Assembly: GCA_973851085.1 (NCBI GenBank)
Contig: OZ316776.1
Span: forward strand, 9,300,001-9,364,000
Reading direction: 5' to 3'
Length of the DNA: 64,000 nucleotides
From: Ptychomitrium polyphyllum
Lineage: Eukaryota
Part shown: positions 13,557 through 24,643 of the stretch, piece by piece
Layout: each line of letters begins with the position of its first letter
How positions within the stretch are numbered: position 1 is the first letter of the stretch
Translations under genes and position numbers: made by a program
The notes under the pieces: model-generated
Database searches by the model: none
The model's input: only the letters and a program-made list of their open reading frames with translations
What the model was told of the DNA's origin: nothing

Positions 13557-15780
13557 ATGCCGAGGTACGTTTTCTGGCCTTTGATTGATCCTCCTAATCC
13601 GTATGTTTCTTATGGTGACTTCTATCGTTTTTCTTCTGTGTTTGGAGAGATGGTCTAGGGGTTAGGGTTCTGTCTTTTCAAGGCTTAGCGGTTGATGGGA
13701 GGCTTTGCGGATATTTGCATGGTGTTTTGAACAGGTAAAATTAGCACTAAGTATTGTTGCGGTTACTTCTCTGTTAGAGCTTAAAAGTCTTTGCTGGAGC
13801 GTGATATTTAAAGCTTTTGGGATTACTGATTGTGATTTTGGAAGCGTGTAATGTTAGTTGTTGACTCGATATCACTGGGTCTAATCATCCGCTGTATTGG
13901 TAGCCTGATTGACTTTGTGAAATATCTTCACTGAGTTGACGGGGTGGGATATTGGTTCTTGATTTTCTGCAGGTACTATTGTGATTACTGCGACACGCAT
14001 CTCACTCATGATTCTGTAAGGTTCATGAACCCTGTTTTCTGTGTATTACGCGGGGATGCTCCTTCTATTTAGATTATTATCTCAAAGAACGGTTTTTTCT
14101 TGCCATATTTTGTCAAATTTACCGTTGCGGTGGATTGTCTCCTCGTTGCTTACATGTATTTAACGTGACACATTGTGACTTTAATTTCTGGCATTTTATC
14201 AAGGGCTTCTAGGAGTTTCTGGTGTTGCACTGCGTTTCATAGATTGAAGCAGCAAGGTCTTGTAGTACGATACTTCTTATTCCTGGTTACCACTGCAGCT
14301 TTCTCAGTGGTTAATGTGATTCACGTCTGTGATTGCAGCCTTCAGTACGAAAACAACACTGTGCGGGATATAAGCACAAGGTGAGATTACTTTCTGGTCT
14401 CATATTGTATATTTGTATCTGGCTGAAGTGCTCCGCCTGTAGTTATACACCGTTTTTATTTGAAACTAATATCAGCATATTGATTTTACTAGTTCCGCAC
14501 TCGATGCTTTTTCGTGTGTTTCAGGCAAATGTTCGGCAATACTACCAGCAGTTTGAGGAGCAGCAGACACAGAGTCTGATTGACCAGAAAGTGAAAGAGC
14601 ACTTGGGGCAGACAGCAGCTGCATTAGCACAGCAACAAGTCGGTGGAGCTGTATATTCACACCTATCTACTCTGGGTGGCCAGTATAAGCCTATGCCATC
14701 ACCAGGTCTCCTACGTCCCCCTGTATTGGCAACAGTACGGCCTCCTGTTCTGCAGCCACCATCTGGACCTTCTTCAGGTACGATCAACAGGCTGCGTCCA
14801 TAGTTGTTGGCTTTTGCATGAAAGTTATGAGGCCTGGGCGTTTACTCCTGCATTGGTGCTTGATTATGTTTCGTTTGTTGACATGGATATTCTTTTATTC
14901 ATGTATCTATTATGTTTTATTTGAGGAGATTCATCAAAGACTCTCACTTATTGATGGGATGATATGTATAATTTGTGATCTGATGCGAATTGCTGACTTT
15001 ATTATACAGGCTATGGAAGCGGAGGTCCACCCTCCTATAGACCTCCAGTGGCTCTACCTCCTGGCGGTGGCCCCACGCAATATTATAGTAACAATGGCCC
15101 TTCGCAGATACAATATTCGACCAGCAACGGCGCACCACAGGTAACTGCACTCTGCTTCTCGTTTCCAAGTGCACCGTTGGAACATGCATTGCTAAGGATG
15201 GAAAGATAAGAACAATGTCTACTTTCCCTGTGGAGGATCCGATGTCATTAAGTGTCCTGTGTTTTGTTGACCTCGTATGTGTACAGTTGGATAGGGCTGA
15301 CTGTAGGTAGGTCATGACCTTTGGCTGACTATCACCTATCTTGGTGCTTGTATCTCATTAATCGTTTTTGCTTCATGAGTTCTCCTTGCATAGAAAAGTT
15401 TGTGCTCTTTATTTGCAGCACCTGTACGTGATTGTGGAAGTTGAGTGAAGTCTTAAGGACTAGTATATTTATCTTGACTTGCTCGCTCAGTTATTTTATC
15501 TTCTTGGACTGTACATTCAAAACATTCAAAACCTCGTGGACTATAACATTATGCTGCTGAACCTTATTCGCTGCAGTACTCAGTCAGCAACAGTTCAGTA
15601 CCACAGTCATACTCCTCGAGTAGCACGGGTGCACAGTCCCAGTACATGTCAAATATGAACGGTGGACAATCTCAATATCAAACAAGCAGTGGAGGCTCTC
15701 AGGAGCAGCAGTATTCCAATGGACCAACTAGGGTGCCATTACCATCGACATACAACCAGGGCCCCGTTTATCAAAGGTAG
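13557..15780 (+). CDS. U1C: U1 small nuclear ribonucleoprotein C; join(13557..13564,13973..14015,14339..14380,14525..14777,15010..15140,15577..15780), ~226 aa
   Basis: The spliced N-terminus [52 protein letters not shown] is the U1-C matrin-type zinc finger, followed by a P/G/Y/Q/S-rich tail. All introns are GT-AG and keep the frame; stop TAG at 15778-15780. Confidence 0.93.
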
Positions 15781-18349
15781 ACTGGTGTAAGTGAGACGAC
15801 AACCCTCAATGTAGAATTGGACTGTTATGGTCTAAGCAATAGACATGCATTTGCATTGAGGCTACTTGGAGCAAATGTGCTTATAATCACATGCAGCGAA
15901 TGGTGGTTCATCAGCTATCTACAGCGACAGTGTGTTTAAGGCCTTTGTGGCGGGAGAAATCGGCGCAGGTAGTGATTTCTGGTAATGATGTATTCGCCTA
16001 GGCTAGAATCAGGTAAACAGTCTCTTTGATGGACTGACAAATGTTTCATCGTCTCCAAGTCCCTAACTGCGTTCTGCCTTTTGCGGATGAAGCCACATTG
16101 TGGAGGGTTGAGGTTCTCCTACCAGAAAGGGAAGTTGTTGCGGTCATATGACCTTACAAACCTTGTAGATAGTTGAACAGGTTGTCTGTTCAACTGGACC
16201 TGAGGTGTGGTCGTGGACAATGGCAACAAATTCGGCATGTAGGTATCTGATTCCTATTGAACTCTGTTTTTATATTAGTTTGCTTTCAAGTTATCCGATC
16301 TTAGAATCAGCATATCATGATGGTGGGTATGCCCATTCGAGTGCGTCTCGATTGTTTCAGGTTGCTTGATGTTATCTGAATTACACACTGCGTCAATAGG
16401 GCGCTATGTGAAGGTTTGTCTGTGTTTATGATTATGAAATCTGATTGAAAGGTAAGCAAGGTTGTCTGGTGGACGTGGTTGTCCTTGGACTAAATGCAGA
16501 AAGTAAGAAACCACTTCTTTCCCTGCATTACCCGTTATTTCTTGGGGCAATTTTTATAGCCTGAAACTCCGGGTAAGGTGCAGTTAGTGTCCATTTTCGT
16601 TATGAAATGAACTTCTAAATAGTCGTCAAAAGCTTCATGGCCGAACGTTCTGCACTTACTCAAGCACAGAAGGTTTTACGCAAAGAGAGCTCTTGTTTAT
16701 CACAACGACGGCTGCTGCTCCCTGGTGAGTACTCTGGTGAGTACAGGAGAATTTCTAGGTTGTTTAGTCTTAGAGAATTAACCGTATGTGTTATTCTCTT
16801 CTGCTGGTGCAGCCCTCTTCTGCCGAGCCTTGGCCTTCCGTTTTAGTGATTAGGTCCTCTTGCTCATCTGGTTCTGGTCATCTGAATCTGGACCCTCATA
16901 ATCATGCTGCGTCAGCAATATAGCTCTGTACAGCTCTGCTTCAGCAACCTACCTATTTTCTGAAAGGAAGGGCGCAACTAATCAGAATCGGGGTAAACGA
17001 ATTAGTCGCTTTACCGTTGAATTTCAGATTTTCCATACGTAGCATAGGATTCCTACAATTGTCTCCTCATCTCACAGATATATTTCGAACAGGAGTTTGA
17101 AGGTTAACTCAGACGTAACAAATATGTTTAGAAAAGGAACTCTGTTTTGTTTCGAGTGTTACTTCTTGTTGAATGATCACTCTTCTGTTAATGATTGTCG
17201 TTCAGAAGAGCTTTCTGTTTTGTTTGAAAGTTGATTCTTCCAATACTCCACTGGCCCTACGTCTCACAGAACGGGATAGTGAAATCCATCACAGGTTTCT
17301 TACATAAATCTCATTGAATTTACAAAATCAAATGTTCTGTCCAGAACACCCAATTCAAAATGACCTAAAGTAAAGAAATCGCAAATTATTGAATACGGAC
17401 GTTGATTAAGTTACAGGATGTTGGTCTTCTGATGTCAATTTTAGGAACTTATCTTTATCTAGGATTTTGGATACTGACAGCGGTTGTTCCAAAACTGATA
17501 AGGCGCTTCACCGTGATTAAATTGGTAAATGTAATAATATTTAAGAGCATAAAGTACCTACTAATGATTATTTGGTTGTCTTGAAAGCTCTTGGAGAACG
17601 ACGTGAGTACTTTGAAATATCTTGGTCATTTGTAATTTGATGTGAAGCAGTGCTAAGTTGATAAGCATGAAACTTAATCCTTTTACAAAATATATACCGA
17701 AATGAGGAGCTTAAATAAAACCTCACTAGCAATATTTTACCCATTTTTTGGCACACACATTTTAATGCATGCATCAAGCGTCACTCACTTGCACAGCACA
17801 TCAGAATGATGAGCTTTGCAAATCAGAAACTTGTTTTCACATCGAAGGATATTGATATTACTAGTGGCAACATGTTCACTAACCAAACAAGCGGCAGCAG
17901 TAATCATCAGTAACAGATATATTATGAATCCCTCGTTTTCTGAGCTCCCAGCTGAGATGCCAGCCACCAAAATCATATTTTTCAAAACCTACGGAGAAAG
18001 GCTGCAACAGCCTCTTGTAAGCAGACGTTCTCTCGAATTTGAATCCTGTATTCCCAATTCGCTACAACATGAGTATTGTATATGCCTCTAAATAGAAGCA
18101 TTTTTTCAGCTGCTTTTCATTGTAAGTCCTCGAATTGTGATTGTATACACTATAATGTTCAGAGTCTCAACATACAGAGAGTGCCCCTAAATGATACAAA
18201 ACAGTTGCTAAACTTATAATGAATATGGTACACAGAATCCCGTCCAACAATTCTCGCCAATTTGGCGAATATAAATTTTGGTGTATTCTGGTGATTTATG
18301 GTCTTCTGTTCTCCAAATGATCTGGCTTGTGCAGATCTTAAGTTGAAAT

Positions 18350-19516
18350 TTACAGCAACCAAGCATTCTCAAGCTGATGAAGATGCGAAGGTCCAAAACA
18401 CTTGGCTCTCGTTAAGCAGAACCGAGTGTAGATCCCAGCGGATGACGCTACTGTTGTGGTCTTCAACAAATAACAAGCATTGACATGTACACCTCTGGCT
18501 TGCACAAGAACTCCCCAGACATTGGTCTCTGCTCCTTCAGCTTGTAAGGAGGACACCGTCTCTGAATCTTCATTGCCCGACTGAAAAGCCTCTGCAGGGC
18601 AAGAGGCGGAGGGGCACCCGGGCTCCAGCTTTTGAACCAGGATTATACCGTCTGGATCAACCTTAGACAAAGGCTCACGAAATGGAGATTTAGACCATTT
18701 GTCTGAATTCTTCAAGAGCTCTTTGGAAATCTTTTGTCGATGTGATCTGCCACGCCTGCCCTTGGAATCAAAGACGTATTGCAAAAAGGGCGCCTCCTGT
18801 ATGTTTCTTACAATCTACACCATGGAAAATTGAGGATTCATCAAATTACATCACTTCCAAAAAAACAGGAGGATGTATGTTAACCATGCCATTTACTGCA
18901 GAAATTTAGTTTATACTATTTTAATATCCAAAAACATTACATCAAATCTAGTGAGTTTTCGTACCTACTCTTCTATTGAGAGGAAGAAACAATTCGTAAA
19001 ACTAAGGTTACTCTGTTATCTATGATGAATTCACTCAACGAGGTCCAAACACATGGAATCAAAGTAGCACCCCGATTACCGGATATATATTCTTCGTTTC
19101 TCCTGGTTAAATGTGGCATAATGGCATTGTGCATACTTCTGAGTTCTTTAAGAAAATCTCTTAGCAGGGAATGCGCAGGGAAGGAGAGGTGTTCGCTCAA
19201 TAGCATGTCTACCCTAGATTCGTGATAAGAAGAGACGGAATTTAAGAGAAGGACGCACCTCATGTACATATTCTTCCAACCAGCGTTCAACATTAGTATC
19301 TCGATTTAGAGGACAACTCAATACGCAAGGCTGAGCACTCGTATATCGTCCTTGAAAATCGGTCGAAGATGAATCCGAGGAGCTTCTCATTGCTACGCTT
19401 CCCACAGGTGGACTCCTCGTCGGTACTAAGTTCTTCACGCCTAAATCACACTTACTCGAAAAGGAACCCTGCCTCAAGCACGAAACCGCGCTTGTCCTGA
19501 ATTTCCAATATTCCAT
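18350..19516 (-). CDS. Conserved plant protein of unknown function, possibly plastid-targeted; complement(join(18350..18814,19259..19516)), ~240 aa
   Basis: A GT-AG intron joins ...VERWLEEYVHE|IVRNIQEAPFLQYVF... The motifs PDGIILV, WGVLVQ, ACYLLKT, TRFCL and QLENAWL resemble a plant uncharacterised family I recall (DUF7804-like, unverified). The N-terminus is Ser/Arg-rich. Confidence 0.75.
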
Positions 19517-22500
19517 CAAGAAAGGATCTCAGCTGCGGAATAAACATCAAGATAGGTCTATATGAACTCCTCACATAGAATATTGTCATCCACGGAGTCA
19601 ACTCAACCTTAATTCTCAGCCTGAGAGTGACTCCGAGCTCTAAAAAGAGAAACGACCATCACTTCCTTCCCAGCTTCGAAACGAGAAAACCGACATAACC
19701 CAATTCCAAGCTACAGGCTGAGAACACATGAACTCGTCACATATCGTTTCCTCACCCTGCTCATGAATGCTCAACGTGAGACCGCTTTCGAGCTCTAGAA
19801 AAAGAGAAAAAACCACCCTGAGAGTTCAAACAACGGGACAAAAAACAGACGCAACCTGATTCGAGGCACACAAACCGAGATGAAATGCAGAAATGATCAG
19901 GAACTCAACAAAAGAAGAGCGCAGGGGCACTGGTCGGTAAAATACCGGTAGATACCATAGCAGCTGCTGCCGCTGCCGCCTTGGGAGCTCCAGACCGCCG
20001 CGAGAGCCATGACGGGTGCCGAAAAATCTAGTGAAGATGGAGCCTGGGAGGAGCTGGGTACTGCGGGAGGAAGAGGACATCATGCACGAGCCTGGAAGGC
20101 CCGAATACAAGTCCAGTCACCATCGCAGCCATTTCCAAGTAGAACGTGACAGGAGTGCAGTGCCATGCGCCCGGAGTGAAAACCGTGCGGGGCCGTTGGC
20201 CTTCCGGGTGGTGCTGCTGTGTCCGGGTGAGTGGAAAGCTGCCACTGTGCGTGAGTGTGTGGGTGAGCGCCGTGGTGCCGCCCACGCTGGCCCGACAGGT
20301 GACCATCCTGTGTGGCGTCCACGCCGCCGTGACTGACTTCGCGACTAGGAAGATCCGTGATTCATCATTGGGGATCTCCGGGGCGCCTGACGACACGAGG
20401 CGGTGGGAGAATCCCCAGATTCACAATCCGGGCTAAGTACGGACTCGTGGTATCGCTGTCAGCAGCTCTCGCGGGCCCCACGGGTTATGCTTTGCTGATT
20501 ATGGTCGGGTTTCTAAAACTTTGGCGGCCAAGTTTCGTTGAAAGTCTTTGGGTTTTCTTTTAGGGGCTTACTAAGCTTTTGAAACAAATATGTCGGAGAT
20601 TTTCTGTACGCAACTATATTTGCATGACAAGGTATCAGAAATGAAGAAGGATACACAAATTTGTCACATGAGAGAGCTCTTTCCTAGTGTGTTTTCAAAT
20701 AATATTTAATATAAAACAAACTTCTAATCCTGAAAAGTGCTTATTCCAATTTAAAACTTTTGAAAAATATGGCTTGCAGCTTTGTTCATCATTTGCTTAA
20801 CTTCTCTTTCACAAAAAATTTAGTGGAAATACTCTTAAACCAAATTACAAGCATGCATTCCATTATCTAATATCTGCAAAGGTAAATTATCATAAAACAT
20901 AAAGTTTACAATTTCAAGTGTACATTCTTTTTGTGCACGTTAAACTTTCAATAAAACAAAGAAGTGAGAAAATTCAAAATTAAAGAAAGATATTTGATTA
21001 TTTCTAAAATCAATATACTTTTAATAAAGATCCACCATATAGATCTTTTTAAACTTGCATATAATGATGATATACTTACCATAATGTCACATGAAGGTAT
21101 TATAAAGGTTAATAGTGTTAAATTTGTGAAAACTTGAATATAACATTACAAAAAAAATGATTTTAAATGTCAAAAAATTTATTGAGAGCATTTTTAAAAC
21201 CATGTTTAAAATAGCAATTTAATATGTTAATTTTTTTATTTTTAGTCATCAAACTAAAGCCACTAATTAAAAACAAACACATTTCAAAATATTAACACTG
21301 CATACTTCTTGTACAATTTGTTGACCAAAATTTAGCTTCTGAATAGTATCTTGGATGTATTAGACATGGAAAATCAGATTTCTTAAAAATATTGATTAAT
21401 TTTTTTACTAAAAAAATATTAATAAATAAATAAAATTAATATCTTTGAATCATAGAAAGTAAACATTTTTTCCAAAAACTTGTTGACATTTGTTAGCGTA
21501 GAAGGTATGTTGATTCAAATGTATGAAATTTGCCAAGTTTAAAAAGATTAAAATAAAGGCATTTTATTATATGTAGATAAACTATTGTAGATCATATTTT
21601 ATACCTATTTATTTAGTTTTTTGCAAAGAGTTAAATTCCATAGATGAAGCCAAAGGTATATTTAAGTTAATGCTTGAAAGGTTTTTTGAAATTAAGCAAT
21701 TAGCGATTTTTAATAAGATTGTAGATGCAAGCCTAAGGGTTGATTTAGCCTTTTATTCTTAACTGTATTTCATATACATTTTTTGGTTGCAAATAAAAAT
21801 TTGGTTTCCTAAGGTTTATTAGAACTTTCTTCAATTTATTCATGGTTAAATTAGTTTGATAACATAATTTTGATTAGGAATTATATGTTATTGAATTTTT
21901 TTATTAAATCCTCAACTTTAGCCTTTGGCAATGCTATATTCCAACATTAAGTTATATTTCCAATACAATAATAATAAAAGAAGAAGAAAGAATTGAAAAA
22001 CTATTTTTTAATTATTAGATGCATTTTCTTCATAGAATTAAATGAATGGTGTTGGGAATATAAGAATGTATTTTTTATAATAAAATCTAGATAAGAAGTA
22101 GGTTTAAAAATTCCAAAAGGCTCTTAGATAATAAGAATTGATGTAAGAACCAAAAGCAAGACACCATTATGCATATGCTCTACAACTTGTGTTAGCAAGA
22201 TTAAAGTATATTTCATCTTTGTTTCTTGTTTATATTATAAATCCTATGCTTTTAAATATGCTTCTAAAAAACTTTCTATAAAGTTATAGAATTTTTTAAA
22301 AGACTATAGAATCTTCTTAAGAAGTTTATAAAGAAAAATAGAAGAATATAGAAACTAATGGACGCTATTAAAAGGATTTTAGAAGCTATTGAAAGTTCAT
22401 CAAATCTATTAAAAGCTATTAGAAGGTTCTTAAAGATTATGTTGTAATGTATATTCTTGTTAAACACATCCATGCTTAGAAAGTTGTAACCTTTGAATCT

Positions 22501-22949
22501 TCATATTGGTAGTTTGGTATTACATTTGATTGTACTACAAGCATAATTTTCTTCATAATCAACATCCATCCATTATTTTTATACAACACAAACAAATAAA
22601 AATCCATTCTTATGTTTGTAAGGGCAAACAAATAAGCTTGCAAAAAAATTAGTCAATAATATAAAAACCAAAAATTTTGACTTTATTGTTGAAGCTAAAA
22701 CTTCAGAAAATTATCTTAAAAAAATAAAAAGTATTTTTAAATTTCTTAAAAGAAATAAGAGGTAAACATGTTATTAACTTTAACTTCTTCATTGCTTTGA
22801 TTTATTGAGCCAATCAAGCACTTCCTTCTATGTGGCCCCTTATGCAATTCCTAATCTCAAGCCTAATATATTCTATAGTGCGCCCGTGATTCCATCGCCC
22901 GGCCCGGCCCGACTTGGCCCGCTGCAAATGGTAACCGCAAATGGTGTGC

Positions 22950-24100
22950 AGAGTATTGAAGGTCGTCCCATGTCGTCGACGTCATGGTCGCTTCTGCCAC
23001 GTTCCAGCATGCTCCAACAGAGACGCTGATGGAGATTCTTCCCCCGACAGCGACGACGTCTGCTCTAAGGAAAGCAGACGAGCAGAAGCAATACAAACTT
23101 GGCTGCGGTCATCTTCACCCCAACCCCTTTGTGAACCTCTGAACCTGTAAGCGCTCGCACCAACTGTAATCTTCCATGTCCTGCAACCAAGAGCAAATCT
23201 CCAACTCAACTTCACCATACAAGGATGGCTTCAACCTCTCCACTCCATATCCCCGACTCAGCGAACTTCCACCACAGCTTCGTAAACACAACCTTTTTCC
23301 TCCGGAGTCTTCAATATTGATGCTGCATTGCAGTATTGAGAGGTGACGTTATCATTGGAGCTCGAGAAGATCGAGTGCATATTGGAGAGGAGAACGGCTG
23401 GAGTGCAATGAGACTTAGTGCAGAGAGAGGACCGATTCTGCAATGAACGGTACGTTGAGAGGAGCAGAATGTGAAGAGAGAGCTAATTCTGAAATGGATG
23501 GTAGAGAAGCACTGCAACCTGGAGGGACAAGCTGCAACGCGCTCTGGAATGGCAGTGGTAGTGAGTCCTGTGAGATAACTTATGCAACGAATGGTAAAGG
23601 AGCGACAAGCCGCAAAGGGCAGAACCTCAACGAGAGCCGGTCCAGAGAGAGGGCCGATTGTACGACGAACGGCAAATTGACAGGTAAGGGAGCATCAGTT
23701 GAAGCTGAATCGCGCATGAGGCAACCAGCTAAATCGCGATGCAGTTGAAAATCCGGTAATTCGTTTTTGATGAATAGTAAAAAGCAAGATAATATTCCGA
23801 TTGTGGCTACTGGAGCGCAAGTCGGAGAAACAAACAGATAACTCGATCGCAGATTGAACGCCTCATGAGCCTTCCATGGATTTTCAATGTGTTAATAAGT
23901 TCATCTTCCTTCTGACGCTTTTTCTGAACTTTAATTACAGGAACTACGACACATGTTGATCGAGATGCATTAGATAGACGAAATCCGAGTAAATCCCGTA
24001 AGTCATCGATAAAACTTGACCTTCGAAAAGGTAAATCTTCAAATAAAGGTGTCATTACGCTAGACGCTGGAGAGACAAGCAATCGGAATTACAATCTGAG
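22950..24100 (+). pseudogene. Possible decayed coding sequence or unannotated transcript
   Basis: GC-rich island flanked by AT-rich DNA, with short coding-like frames (acidic, Ser-rich, basic) broken by stops. No recognisable family. Confidence 0.2.
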
Positions 24101-24643
24101 TGAATCACAGCATGAGTCTGGCTACCACTCCAGGTAAATGGAAATGAGCCCCGCGATCCTCCTCTCGTCTGTGGTGAAGTCAAAAATTGGAATTGTTAGC
24201 AATTGGGCATGCAAGAAATTATTTTAGTGGGAACAATGGTGGATGAATGTCTCCGTTGAACCTGATGTCAAAGAGGCCACAAGCAGACACGACTAGGTCA
24301 AATGCAAGGAGATTGTCACACAATTCGTTGGTATCGAAGTCTGGATTATGTCAAAATTATGTTCTGTGTTTCATCAAGATTATGACAATCATGGTGATAC
24401 CAGAGCTTAATGACTCAAGTCCGACATTCACAGGCTTCCAAACGATTTTTGAAATTGGTGTATCAGTTGCTGAAATAACATGTTCGATAAATACACTAAT
24501 ATCAACCCCTCAAGTGCCTAGACTCAGGGGTACACCAGATGGTGAACTGGTGAAGCCCTACACCCTAAATCTACACCCTAAACCCATCGGACTTTAGCGT
24601 CCACAGATTACTAGAGCAGCATGCTCTCCTGTTCCGCTAGGTC

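Noticed and set aside
15980..16040. Box C/D snoRNA-like motifs (ATGATG...CTGA)
   Set aside because: The C box is imperfect and there is no terminal stem or recognisable rRNA guide.
20016..20563. Overlapping ORFs on both strands
   Set aside because: GC-rich promoter/5'UTR of the 18350-19516 gene; no recognisable protein motifs.
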